From positions 224,001 through 288,000 of the forward strand of contig JBJMOW010000004.1 in the NCBI GenBank assembly GCA_045803545.1: 64,000 nt of DNA. Direction: 5' to 3'. Numbering within the stretch: position 1 is the first letter of the stretch; each line of letters starts with the position of its first letter. A program made the translations under genes and the position numbers. The notes under the pieces were generated by a model, which saw only the letters and a list, made by a program, of their open reading frames with translations, did not search any database and was not told the DNA's origin. The DNA comes from Gemmatimonadaceae bacterium. GTDB taxonomy: Bacteria > Gemmatimonadota > Gemmatimonadetes > Gemmatimonadales > Gemmatimonadaceae. Positions 37,192 to 46,411 of this stretch are shown in pieces.

Positions 37192-38427
37192 CTAGCCACC
37201 AGCGTCGCTCTTTTGCAGCCTGCGCGCGACTGCCTCTGCCTGCGCAAAGACACGGAGCAGATTCTCGCCGGCGAGTTTCCGAAGATCCGCGTCAGACCAC
37301 CCGCGCCGAAGAAGCTCGGCGAAGAGGTTGGGATACTTCGACACATCCTCGAGGCCCTGCACGACCTCGGTGATCCCGTCGAAGTCGCCGCCGATGCCAA
37401 CGTGATCCACCCCGGCAACTTTACGCACGTAGTCGATCTGATCGGCCACCTGTGACAGGGTCGCGCGCGGCTCGGGGTGCGTCGCCTTCCATTGATTGAT
37501 CTCGCGGGTGATTGCCGCCGTGTCCTTGCCGTACTTCTGCTGCAGGTCGGTGATTATCGGACGCGTCGACTGATCGTAGAGATAAACCGCCGGTGAAACG
37601 AATCCGGTCACGAACGGCACCATGACGATGCCGCCGTTCACCGTCACCCGACGCAGAATCGAGTCAGGTACGTTGCGCGCCACATCCACCAGTGCTCTGG
37701 CACCCGAGTGCGAAAAAATCACCGGTGCCTGCGTGACATTGAGTGCGTCACTCATGGTTCCCGGCGAAACGTGCGACAGATCGACCAGCATGCCGAGTCG
37801 GTTCATCTCGCGCACGACGCTATCGCCGAATGGAGTGAGTCCGCCGTGCTTCGCTGAATCGAGAGCGGCGTCGGCCCAATCGAGGGTCACATTGTGCGTC
37901 AGCGTCATGTAGCGCACGCCGAGGTCATAATAAGCGCGCAGTGCTCCAAGCGAGTTCTCGATGGCGTGGCCGCCCTCGAGTCCGAGCAGTGAACCGATCT
38001 TCCCCTGCTTGAATTCGCGCTTGATGTCGTCGCTGGTAAGTGCGAGAGCGAGCTTATCGGGATACCTGGCGATCATGCGACGGGCGATATCGATCTGCTC
38101 CAGCTGAACGCGCGCGTAACCGGAATCACGGTATTCACCCGGCGTGTACACGGACCAGAACTGCGCGCCGATCATTCCTTGTCTCAGCCGCTCGAGATCG
38201 GTATGGCCTGGTGTGCGGCGTCGAATGTCGTACCTGCTGACGTCACCGCGCGCGATGCTGTCTTCGCGAATCCGCCATGGCAGGTCGTTGTGGCCGTCAA
38301 TCAACGGCGTCTGGCGGAGAATTCGCTTCGCCCGCTCGAGGTAGATGTCATTCGACGCGCTCTGCGCGTGTGCCGCGATTGAGATCGTCGAGACGATTGC
38401 GGTTAAGGCCAGAATTGCGAGTTTCAC
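37192..38427 (-). CDS. Membrane dipeptidase (peptidase M19)
   Basis: IDGHNDL, QFWSVY, GLEGGH, LTHN, DLSH, FSHS, GGDFDG. Confidence 0.92.
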   Translation of the reverse strand: MKLAILALTAIVSTISIAAHAQSASNDIYLERAKRILRQTPLIDGHNDLPWRIREDSIARGDVSRYDIRRRTPGHTDLERLRQGMIGAQFWSVYTPGEYRDSGYARVQLEQIDIARRMIARYPDKLALALTSDDIKREFKQGKIGSLLGLEGGHAIENSLGALRAYYDLGVRYMTLTHNVTLDWADAALDSAKHGGLTPFGDSVVREMNRLGMLVDLSHVSPGTMSDALNVTQAPVIFSHSGARALVDVARNVPDSILRRVTVNGGIVMVPFVTGFVSPAVYLYDQSTRPIITDLQQKYGKDTAAITREINQWKATHPEPRATLSQVADQIDYVRKVAGVDHVGIGGDFDGITEVVQGLEDVSKYPNLFAELLRRGWSDADLRKLAGENLLRVFAQAEAVARRLQKSDAGG

Positions 38428-38669
38428 TGGGCAGTTGTTTGTGGCGGGGGTGAATCGAGGAGGTCGACGGCGTCGGCGCTGTCTGTTTCGCGGACCACCA
38501 GCCGGATCGGATGCAGCTGTTGGAGCCAGGGCATCATGCCGCCGGCATCGTCCCGAATGAGTCCCGAGTCGATCCCGTTGGCGTCCAGCACGGCTTGCGC
38601 GATCTGCGCCTGGATCTCGCTGGTAAACGTCCTGATCACCGTGTTGAGCTCTCCGGGTTCGTTAGCCAT
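38424..38669 (-). CDS. DUF2007-like small protein
   Basis: AQIAQAVLDANGI..DDAGG..IRLVVRE.D pattern; ATG 38669. Confidence 0.7.
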   Translation of the reverse strand: MANEPGELNTVIRTFTSEIQAQIAQAVLDANGIDSGLIRDDAGGMMPWLQQLHPIRLVVRETDSADAVDLLDSPPPQTTAQ

Positions 38670-38749
38670 CTTCAATCTCATAGATTGGAGTGCGCCCGAA
38701 ATCTGTCTCGGTGACGCGTCAATTGCATCTCCCAGTGCAGCTCCACAGT

Positions 38750-38764
38750 TGGCACGCCGTCTGC
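38750..38764 (+). promoter_or_regulatory. Putative sigma-54 promoter
   Basis: TGGCACG-ccgt-CTGC about 40 bp before ATG 38805. Confidence 0.5.
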
Positions 38765-38804
38765 CCGCCAGAACAGTGATGATCACACTGCAGGTTAACG
38801 CGAT

Positions 38805-39545
38805 ATGAGACCGGTTATCAGACTGTCGGCGGTGGTTGGGATTGCACTTGGCATGCTTGTAGTGAGCTGCCGCAAGGAAGGCGACGCGAAATCCTCGGCG
38901 CAGGTAGTGAAGGTCGCTCAGGATACGATGTTGTTGCACGACCTCGCCGAGGCGAATAAGAACACCGCCGCCGCAGCATCCGTCGACAACAGCTTAGGAA
39001 CGGTCAGGACAAACCCTGATGGCTCCGGCGCTTTGGTGTCTAACGCGTCGCCGGGCACGACGACCAGTCGGGTAGTGCCACGCACCACCTCCGAAACTCA
39101 AACGACAACACAGACGCCCGCGAACACTCCTCGCATGTCCGCGCCGACTCAGGCGGGTGACGCGCACCCAACCACTGTCCCACTCTCCCGATCGCCGGCG
39201 AACAGCGCTGCGACGCGGTCATCAGGCGATCCTTGCGATTCACCGACGACCATCGATCAGCGGTACTGTCTAAATCGGTCGATCGTGAGCAACGATGCCG
39301 GTCTGAACAGTACCTATCAGGATCTGCTGGCTCAGGCGAGAAAATCAGGTGGCTCCGATCTCGAAGACAGATTCCGTCAGTCGCAGCGCGATTGGGTCAA
39401 CAAGCGCGACAGCGACTGCACCGCCCAGACTCCCAGCCAGGGGAACCGGTTATGGGCGCGCGACCGCGCACGCTGTTTTGCGGATTATTCCTCGAGAAGG
39501 ACAGCGGAATTGAGACAGAACCTCAGCAACCTGCGCGGGCAGTAG
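38805..39545 (+). CDS. Lipoprotein with C-terminal LprI-like (lysozyme inhibitor) domain
   Basis: VVSC lipobox, Ser/Thr linker, C..DAGLNSTYQ..SQRDWVNKRDSDC..C..RTAEL. Confidence 0.75.
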   Translation: MRPVIRLSAVVGIALGMLVVSCRKEGDAKSSAQVVKVAQDTMLLHDLAEANKNTAAAASVDNSLGTVRTNPDGSGALVSNASPGTTTSRVVPRTTSETQTTTQTPANTPRMSAPTQAGDAHPTTVPLSRSPANSAATRSSGDPCDSPTTIDQRYCLNRSIVSNDAGLNSTYQDLLAQARKSGGSDLEDRFRQSQRDWVNKRDSDCTAQTPSQGNRLWARDRARCFADYSSRRTAELRQNLSNLRGQ

Positions 39546-39783
39546 GACTGCGGACTGCGGACTGAGAACTAAAAAGCGCACTGCACCGCTGGTAGCTGAT
39601 AGCAGCTGGCTATTAGCTGTTCGCTGCAAGCGACGGGACAGATCGCGCTAGAGTCAGAGGAAGGGGGTTCAGTTCGACTTTACGCGCGTGAGATCTGTCT
39701 GGTTGCAGGCAGCCATCAGCTAACAGCGTGCTGCTATCAGCTACCAGCGAGGTAGTTAGCAGTTAAGTCCGCAGTTCGCAGTC
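39546..39783. repeat. Long heptamer-based palindromic element
   Basis: Arms gactgcggactgcggact / agtccgcagttcgcagtc; perfect 20-bp stem 39587-39606/39730-39749. Confidence 0.85.
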
Positions 39784-40309
39784 ACCGTACGTTGGCAGTG
39801 ACCCTCGTCCCCGCGCTCGCCAGCGCTCGGCCCTGTAGCAGCCCGTCGATTTCTGCCGACGCAACCGGCCGCGGTCCGATCCAGCCGCCGCCGTACGAGC
39901 GAGTTGGTACCGTGATTCCGGCTACGCCACCGGTAGGACTGATTTCGACCACCGCTGTCGCATCGATCACGCCCTCGTTGCCGCTGTTGATCACGAGAAC
40001 CCAGCGACCGGTGGCTGGCTTCTGCCAAAACACGACGTACATCCCTGGGCGCGAAGCGGGACGGATGTCGAGCTTCATGCTTTGACGCTTGCCGTCGACA
40101 ATTCCTTCGGCGGTGCCGGTCAGCGTCTTCGACATGATTTCGCCGTGATGGTAGGTGCGAACCGTCAGGTAGCCGCCACGCGTTGCCTGGTCGAACGGAT
40201 TGGCCGGATACTCGATCGCAATCCACGGTGGGCCCGCAAGCGCAGTGCTGGACGCTGACAATGTGAGCGCGCTCACCAACGCAAAGGAGCGGAGTAGTTT
40301 GGTTCTCAT
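39782..40309 (-). CDS. Hypothetical secreted protein
   Basis: Signal peptide ending ALA-GPPW from ATG 40309, with a good SD. Confidence 0.7.
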   Translation of the reverse strand: MRTKLLRSFALVSALTLSASSTALAGPPWIAIEYPANPFDQATRGGYLTVRTYHHGEIMSKTLTGTAEGIVDGKRQSMKLDIRPASRPGMYVVFWQKPATGRWVLVINSGNEGVIDATAVVEISPTGGVAGITVPTRSYGGGWIGPRPVASAEIDGLLQGRALASAGTRVTANVR

Positions 40310-40342
40310 CACAATCTCCTGAAAAAGTTTATTGAGCGCTGG

Positions 40343-40369
40343 TACGATGCCGCTCACTTCGTCAGGGTT
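40343..40369 (-). promoter_or_regulatory. Putative ECF sigma promoter, shared with 42546-42572
   Basis: AACCC-N13-GGCATCGTA. Confidence 0.6.
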
Positions 40370-40376
40370 TAACGCA

Positions 40377-41261
40377 CTACATCGAAGGCCGTCGGAGAGT
40401 CACCGGCCCTTTGAACGTACGCACGGAGATCTTCGCACCACCGTTGCCGATTTCCGCGTTCAGCTCGGTGCCACGGCCAAATCGGCCAGACACGGGACGC
40501 GCTTTGGAAAGGTTGTTGGTGATGTTTCCGGAAATGGTGACAACAGAAACATCGGCGTTCACCTTGTCGGGAATGGCGATGTCGATGATTCCACTGTGCG
40601 TATCGAAATCGAAGGTGCCGGAGCGATCGAGCAGCCCAGCGAAGGTGATGTTGCCGGTGACTGTTTCGACTTTGGTGCGCTCGAAATTGCCCCCATCGAC
40701 CCTGATCGCACCGCTCACCGTCGAAAACGCCGCGTCGGAGCTGCCGCCTCGCAGCGTGATCGTGCCGCTCGCGCTTTTTGCCCGCAGCCATGACGGCGAG
40801 CCGATAATGTGAATGTCGCCGTCGATCGCCTCCGCATTGAGCTCGTGTGGATTGGCGTTTACATCGATCGTGCCGCTGACGACGTACAGATCGAGCTCAC
40901 CGTCGACACCAGTGACGTCGATGTTCGCTGTCGCGGTCTTGATCCAGAGCCGAGCTCGCGACGGCAGCCAGACCTCGACACGACTGGGCTTCGGATCACG
41001 CTCGTCGGCATTGTCGATGAACATCTTCGCGCCGGTGTAGGTGCCGCCCATCAGCAGCTTGTCCGGCTGGGGCAGTGCAGCGCGCACCAGCACGGTGTCT
41101 TTGTTCCAGCCGTGCACCGTTACGCTGCCGACCATATTCACAATGCGGAAAGCGGCTTCCATTCCCAGCGGCAGTCGACGCTCGACTTTCTTCTGGGCAA
41201 GCGCCGGCGTCGCTGCGAAACCCGCCGCCAGCAACAGGGTCAGGTAACGACTAACTGCCAC
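40377..41261 (-). CDS. DUF4097 beta-strand repeat protein
   Basis: Signal peptide; repeated T.SG.I motifs; ISVRTFKGPVTL end. Confidence 0.8.
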   Translation of the reverse strand: MAVSRYLTLLLAAGFAATPALAQKKVERRLPLGMEAAFRIVNMVGSVTVHGWNKDTVLVRAALPQPDKLLMGGTYTGAKMFIDNADERDPKPSRVEVWLPSRARLWIKTATANIDVTGVDGELDLYVVSGTIDVNANPHELNAEAIDGDIHIIGSPSWLRAKSASGTITLRGGSSDAAFSTVSGAIRVDGGNFERTKVETVTGNITFAGLLDRSGTFDFDTHSGIIDIAIPDKVNADVSVVTISGNITNNLSKARPVSGRFGRGTELNAEIGNGGAKISVRTFKGPVTLRRPSM

Positions 41262-41925
41262 GCGTTATCTCCGTCGTGCGACGCAGCAAATCGACCTTCT
41301 GTCTGTAGTTCGCCGAGAGCATCTCGATCAGCACCTTGTTCGCCGGATCGCGGGCAAGAGCATTTCTCGCCTCGAGAATCGCTTCGTCGATCGTGCGCAG
41401 ACTCGCTTTGAGCTGAGCAACCGTCTCCGGCGCCAGCGCCGATTCCTGCTGGTCGAGAATGTCCTGCAACGCTCCAGCCGTACGCAGATAGTTGTTCTCT
41501 TCAATGGTGAAGGCAGCGAAGCTGGCCGGCGTTGCCTGGTCTCCACCGTTCGCGACAGACTGTGCTGACGAAGCTCGCGATTGCAGATAGGCGACAGTGC
41601 CTGCCGAAGAGAGGATCGCAACGACAATGGACGCAGCAAGCGCGAGAACCACGGGGTGTCGTGAGGAGAAGCGCTCGCGCTTAGTCGCCGTGAGTGAAGC
41701 TTCGTCTCTTTGAATCGCTGCCTTGATGCTCTCCCACGCTTCGGGAGGTGGATCAATCGATTTCGGCAGGTCTGCCGCGCGGGCGAGCACCCGTTCCAGT
41801 CCACTCACCTCTTCGGCGCACATGGCGCAGGAAGCGACGTGCTCGGCCACCGGCGCACACGCATCCTCCGGTAGCTCGCCTGTCACATAATCATCCAGCA
41901 AATGTCTGATCACTTCGTGTGTCAT
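41251..41925 (-). CDS. Zinc-finger (zf-HC2) anti-sigma factor
   Basis: LDDYVTGEL..EHVASCAMC (HxxxCxxC), single TM, follows the ECF sigma gene. Confidence 0.85.
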   Translation of the reverse strand: MTHEVIRHLLDDYVTGELPEDACAPVAEHVASCAMCAEEVSGLERVLARAADLPKSIDPPPEAWESIKAAIQRDEASLTATKRERFSSRHPVVLALAASIVVAILSSAGTVAYLQSRASSAQSVANGGDQATPASFAAFTIEENNYLRTAGALQDILDQQESALAPETVAQLKASLRTIDEAILEARNALARDPANKVLIEMLSANYRQKVDLLRRTTEITRGS

Positions 41926-42533
41926 TGCTTCTTTACCTCCGATCTTCCATCCAGCTTATCCCGAAGCAGCCGTCGCGCGCGGTGCAGTTGCGCCTTCACT
42001 GTACCGACCGAGACGCTCAATTGCTCGGCGATCTCCTGATGCTGATAACCCTCGATATCGTGGAGCACGAACGCGGTTCGCGCTCCCTTGGGCAACGACG
42101 CCACTGCTTCTTCCATTTCCATCTTCAGATCGATGCCGCTCGATCGTGCCGCGCCCGGCAGCGCCGAGGTATCCTCCATCGACAGCACTCGCGCGACACG
42201 ACGTTTCTCGCTGCGCGCGTTCTCGAGCATAGTATTCACCGCCAGCCGATGCAGCCACGACGAAAAAGCCGAATCGCCGCGGAATGTCGACAAACGACGC
42301 CACGCCCGCACGAAGGCGTCCTGCATCAGCTCAGTTGCCTCGCTGCGGTCGCCGCCTTTCAGACGGAGACAAAGCGCGAAGATTCGCGACGAGTGCTCGC
42401 GATAAAGAGTCTCGAATGCAGCAACATCGCCGGCCTGCGCCCGCCGAATGCACTCCAGCGTCGCAGCCTTGTCTTCACCGGTCGTGGACGGGTACTGCCC
42501 GATGTTGTCCGATACCACTGCGCTCATCTTCAT
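41922..42533 (-). CDS. ECF RNA polymerase sigma factor
   Basis: AQAGDVAAF, QDAFVRAW..FRGDSAFSSWL, LHDIEGY..EIA..GTVKAQLHRAR. Confidence 0.93.
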   Translation of the reverse strand: MKMSAVVSDNIGQYPSTTGEDKAATLECIRRAQAGDVAAFETLYREHSSRIFALCLRLKGGDRSEATELMQDAFVRAWRRLSTFRGDSAFSSWLHRLAVNTMLENARSEKRRVARVLSMEDTSALPGAARSSGIDLKMEMEEAVASLPKGARTAFVLHDIEGYQHQEIAEQLSVSVGTVKAQLHRARRLLRDKLDGRSEVKKQ

Positions 42534-42545
42534 CTCAGGCAGGGA

Positions 42546-42572
42546 TACGATGCCAGTCGACCGGCTGGGGTT
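42546..42572 (-). promoter_or_regulatory. Putative autoregulatory ECF promoter
   Basis: AACCC-N13-GGCATCGTA immediately upstream of the sigma gene. Confidence 0.6.
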
Positions 42573-42585
42573 GGAAGGTGGAGCT

Positions 42586-42717
42586 GACTGAGGCCGAGGA
42601 CTAAGTGCATCTATGATTGCTGACTAAGTGAGGATTGCAGACCACGAGGATCCTCGGTTGTACTCGGTCCTCACTTAATCCTCGGTGATCGGTGCCCCTA
42701 GTCCGCGGCCCTCAGTC
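42586..42717. repeat. Imperfect palindromic intergenic element, copy B
   Basis: Termini gactgagg/cctcagtc, inner taagtgagga/tcctcactta; homologous to 3780-3918. Confidence 0.72.
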
Positions 42718-42730
42718 GCACCACCTGCCG

Positions 42731-42910
42731 CTACTCTATATCGCCACCCAAATCGAATTCGCCCCGCGTCTGGGCCAGGATGCGATCGAGACCGGCTTTT
42801 ATTTCCGGAGGTAGATCTTTCCGTCTGAGCAGCCCCTCCGCCTCGCGACGAATTGTCTCCAGCGCCTGGATGAAGTTGCCGCGCTTCATGTTTCCGGAAT
42901 CGTCGGCCAT
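42731..42910 (-). CDS. 59-aa hypothetical protein (not in the ORF track)
   Basis: MADDSGNMKRGNFIQALETIRREAEGLLRRKDLPPEIKAGLDRILAQTRGEFDLGGDIE; co-oriented, 20 bp after the ABC gene. Confidence 0.55.
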   Translation of the reverse strand: MADDSGNMKRGNFIQALETIRREAEGLLRRKDLPPEIKAGLDRILAQTRGEFDLGGDIE

Positions 42911-42930
42911 TGTCGTCTTTGAGAGATGGT

Positions 42931-44727
42931 TTATGACGCGGAAGCGAGTTGGGCGGGGCGAGGCGCGCCAGGAAGCTGGGGTCCGCTACGGCGCTCACCA
43001 ACCTGCTGCCGCCACATTGCATAGTACAGACCCATCCGCTCGAGCAGGTCGTCGTGCTGTCCGACTTCGACGATCTTTCCACGCTCCAGCACGTAAATCC
43101 TGTCGGCGTGCATCACAGTCGACAGGCGGTGCGCAATCAAAATCGTTATTACTTCGCGCGAGCTCGCGACATCGCGCATGGTGCGACTGATTTCCTCCTC
43201 GGTAAGCGAATCGAGCGATGACGTCGCTTCATCGAACACCAGGAGATGTGGATCGCGTAGCAACGCTCTCGCAATCGACAGTCGCTGCTTCTCGCCCCCC
43301 GAGACTTTTATGCCGCCCTCGCCGATAACCGTGTCGAGTCCTTTGTCGGCGCGAGCCAGCAACGCGTGCGCCGCTGCTCGGCGCAAGACTTCCATGCACT
43401 CCTCATCGGTCGCACGCGGATTGACGAACTTCAGGTTCTCGCGAATTGTGCCGGAGAAGAGCTGCGAATCCTGCGTGACCAGTCCAATCCGCTCGCGCAG
43501 CCTGTCCAAATCGACATCGGTGCCGCGCACGTCGTTGTAGAGAATCTCTCCATCGCGCGGCAGATAGAGTCCAACCAGCAACTTTACCAATGTCGTCTTG
43601 CCGGCGCCCGAGGGTCCGACGAAAGCGATCGTCTCGCCTCGTTTGACATCGAAGGAGATGTCGGTCAGCGCCGGTGTGCTCGCCGATTGGTGCATGAAGC
43701 CGACATTCACGAACTCCAGCGCCTCGATGTCAGTCAATGGCACCGGTGCTGCGGGCTTGGGGTCTTTCGGCGTGTCGAGAATCTTGTTGAAATTGGCGAG
43801 CGAGACTTCGGTCTCACGATAGACGTTGATGATGTTCCCCAACTCCTGCATCGGCCCGAAGATGAAGAAGGAGTAGAACAACAACGAGAAGAATTGGCCG
43901 ACGGTGATTTTCTGGGTGAAGATCAGATAGAGCATCATGAACAGGATGCACGTACGCAGGAAATTCACCGCCGTGCCCTGCAGGAAGCTGAGGCTTCTGA
44001 TGTACTTCACTTTCTTCAGCTCGAGGCGGAGAATCTTCTCGGTGGTGGCGTTGAGCCGTACGACTTCCTGATCTGCGAGACCCAGGCTCTTTACGAGCTC
44101 GATGTTGCGCAACGACTCGGTCGTTGAGCCAGCCAGTGCTGTCGTCTCGGCTACGATCACCTTCTGGATGTTCTTGATTCGTCCGCTGAGCGCCCAGCTG
44201 AGGGTGCCGAGCAAAGGCACCGTCGCGAGAAACGCTGGAACGATTACCCAGTGCACAGTCAGGGCATAAATCACGACGAACAAAACCCCGACAAGCGTGG
44301 TGAATATCAGGTTGATCGACAGCGAGATGAATCGCTCGACGTCCTGCCTTACCTTCTGCAGCTTGCCGAGTGTCTCACCGCTGCGCTGATCTTCGAAGAC
44401 CGAATACGGCAGCTCCAGGGAGTGCCTGATCCCGTCGGAGTACATCTCGGCGCCGACGCGCTGCACGATGACGTTGACGTAGTAGTCCTGGAAATTCTTG
44501 GCGACACGAGATACGAAGGCGACGCCCATCGCCATCAGCAGCAGCGTGCCGGCGCCCTTGATGAAGGTGCCGGTCTGGTATTCGCGAAAGCGCGTCGCAT
44601 AGTCGTCGATCACGTGTCGGAAGATCAGCGGATCGAGCAGCGAGAAAACCTGATTGGTTGCCGCCAGCACGAGGGCGAGCAGAATCAGGTTGCGGTATTT
44701 ATGGAGGTACGCGTAGAGGAGAGCCAC
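42931..44727 (-). CDS. Fused ABC exporter (permease plus ATPase)
   Basis: N-terminal TM domain, GPSGAGKT, VSGGEKQR, FDEATSSLD, IAHRLST. Confidence 0.93.
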   Translation of the reverse strand: MALLYAYLHKYRNLILLALVLAATNQVFSLLDPLIFRHVIDDYATRFREYQTGTFIKGAGTLLLMAMGVAFVSRVAKNFQDYYVNVIVQRVGAEMYSDGIRHSLELPYSVFEDQRSGETLGKLQKVRQDVERFISLSINLIFTTLVGVLFVVIYALTVHWVIVPAFLATVPLLGTLSWALSGRIKNIQKVIVAETTALAGSTTESLRNIELVKSLGLADQEVVRLNATTEKILRLELKKVKYIRSLSFLQGTAVNFLRTCILFMMLYLIFTQKITVGQFFSLLFYSFFIFGPMQELGNIINVYRETEVSLANFNKILDTPKDPKPAAPVPLTDIEALEFVNVGFMHQSASTPALTDISFDVKRGETIAFVGPSGAGKTTLVKLLVGLYLPRDGEILYNDVRGTDVDLDRLRERIGLVTQDSQLFSGTIRENLKFVNPRATDEECMEVLRRAAAHALLARADKGLDTVIGEGGIKVSGGEKQRLSIARALLRDPHLLVFDEATSSLDSLTEEEISRTMRDVASSREVITILIAHRLSTVMHADRIYVLERGKIVEVGQHDDLLERMGLYYAMWRQQVGERRSGPQLPGAPRPAQLASAS

Positions 44728-44766
44728 GACGGATAGTATTGGGCTGCGCCCAGCCCCGCAAATACA

Positions 44767-45861
44767 TCAGCGACCGATTCTTGGTTTCCGGCGACGGTTG
44801 AAGGTCTCTACGAAACGATGACGCCGCGTGCGAAGCGTGTCGAGCGCTTTCTCCGCATTCCTGCGCCATTGCGCGCCGGTAATCAGGCTGCAGAATCGTT
44901 CGTAGTCGAGCTGGCCCTCATGTGGCGGATTTGTGAAAACGTAGCGAGGTGCGGGGCGGAATTTCTCAATGTTGATGGGAAATCTCTCGAGTACCTGCTT
45001 CTGCGACACGAATTCGTCGTACATCCGCTTCTTCAGCAGCTTTTCGGCGGCGGTCAGACGGATCGTCTGGTAATACGTGCCAATGAATGGCAGGAACTCG
45101 AAGACTTGGCGTGTGCCGCTGTAGTTGTGATACGAAGTCAGCTCCAGCACCAGCGGCGCCGGAGCGTGATCGCGTCGCAGGATTCCGCACGCGAGCTGAA
45201 CGGCAAATGCCGTTGCGTCGTGATCAGAGTGGCCGCCTTCATACGGGTGGGTCAGCACGATGTCCGGCCTCACTTCATCGATCAGATGTGCGACGTCGAA
45301 GACCAGATCCAACAGTTGATTGCTCGCTTCACCATCCACGTATCCGAGGCCGCGACAACGATCGGGAGTAATTCCGACATGCGCCAACGCGTTCGCCACT
45401 TCGCGACGACGCGCGCGCGCGTATTCCTCGCGCGTAAGGAAGCCTTTGCTCTGTGCATAACGCTCGTCGCGTGGTGCACCGTCAGTAATGTGGGCGACAA
45501 CCGCGTCGGGTAGACCGGCCAGTAAGCCACCGGCACCGATTGCCTCATCGTCCGGATGCGCAACGATAACGAGGGTAGTCGGCAATGCCTTCGCCAATGA
45601 ATCACGTTGGGCGATGGTGTCCAGAATCTCGCTCGTGACTTCGACGGGAGGTCGGAACCGCGCGTCTCGGCCGGGCGTGATGATTAGGTCCGGCTGTTTG
45701 ATCAGGGGCGATGGCGCCTGGCGCTCGGTTTCCACCTGATTCGCGACTTCCGAGAGCAGCGCCCAGTGGCCCTCCGGTTTCGGCGTGATCTCGCCAAGGC
45801 TGTCCGGCAACTCGATGGCTTTGATCAGCCCACTTTCGAGAGACAGCTCCTTCACCCGCAT
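44767..45861 (-). CDS. PIG-L/LmbE family deacetylase
   Basis: VAHPDDE, TDG, RRRE, GGHSDH. Confidence 0.85.
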   Translation of the reverse strand: MRVKELSLESGLIKAIELPDSLGEITPKPEGHWALLSEVANQVETERQAPSPLIKQPDLIITPGRDARFRPPVEVTSEILDTIAQRDSLAKALPTTLVIVAHPDDEAIGAGGLLAGLPDAVVAHITDGAPRDERYAQSKGFLTREEYARARRREVANALAHVGITPDRCRGLGYVDGEASNQLLDLVFDVAHLIDEVRPDIVLTHPYEGGHSDHDATAFAVQLACGILRRDHAPAPLVLELTSYHNYSGTRQVFEFLPFIGTYYQTIRLTAAEKLLKKRMYDEFVSQKQVLERFPINIEKFRPAPRYVFTNPPHEGQLDYERFCSLITGAQWRRNAEKALDTLRTRRHRFVETFNRRRKPRIGR

Positions 45862-45874
45862 ACACCTAAGGCGG

Positions 45875-45888
45875 GCAAGTCACGTGCC
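45875..45888 (-). promoter_or_regulatory. Putative sigma-54 promoter of the PIG-L gene
   Basis: GGCACG-tgac-TTGC core consensus. Confidence 0.55.
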
Positions 45889-45931
45889 CCTTACGCACGG
45901 CTAACCTGTTACCCTATTACCCTTTAAGGAC

Positions 45932-46411
45932 TCACCTCTGCCGCGTAGCCGCTGGCGCTCCTCTGATGTACGCGATGTAGTCGGTCGGACTCGGAGTACC
46001 TCCGGATGCCCGCACCTGCATCGCGATTTGTCCGCGGTGATAGGAGCCGTGCGTTACAACCTGCGTCAAAATGTCTTCTACCGTCGACGTGAACTGATCA
46101 CCAGCGCTGGTCTTGTACGTGATTGGTTGCTGCAATCCAGCGGATGAGAGATGGGACAGCACACGCTTGTAGCCTGCGACATTTTCGGCGAGGACTCGCT
46201 CAGCGTCAGCAAGACCGAGCTTCGGCCACACCGCAATTGGGGAACTCTCGCCCTGAATTCGAGAGAGCCAGACGCGCTCGGCGCCGAGTACGTGACCCAT
46301 GAGCTCGACCAGCTCTGGCGGCGGATCAGGCATTGTGCGCAGGCTGGCCAGCGCCCGACTGTCTGCCCACTCCATATGCTCGAGCAATTTGGTGAAATAC
46401 TCAGCGCTCAT
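45932..46411 (-). CDS. DinB family protein
   Basis: HMEWAD, GHVLGAERVWL, HGSYHRGQ. Confidence 0.85.
   Translation of the reverse strand: MSAEYFTKLLEHMEWADSRALASLRTMPDPPPELVELMGHVLGAERVWLSRIQGESSPIAVWPKLGLADAERVLAENVAGYKRVLSHLSSAGLQQPITYKTSAGDQFTSTVEDILTQVVTHGSYHRGQIAMQVRASGGTPSPTDYIAYIRGAPAATRQR

Noticed and set aside
37126..37455. 109-aa ORF as an intact gene
   Set aside because: Only the first ~16 codons look real; the rest is antisense to the dipeptidase.
37192..38427. Dipeptidase as the missing cyanophycin isoaspartyl dipeptidase
   Set aside because: It is a secreted M19 enzyme, not IaaA/IadA, and lies 21 kb away.
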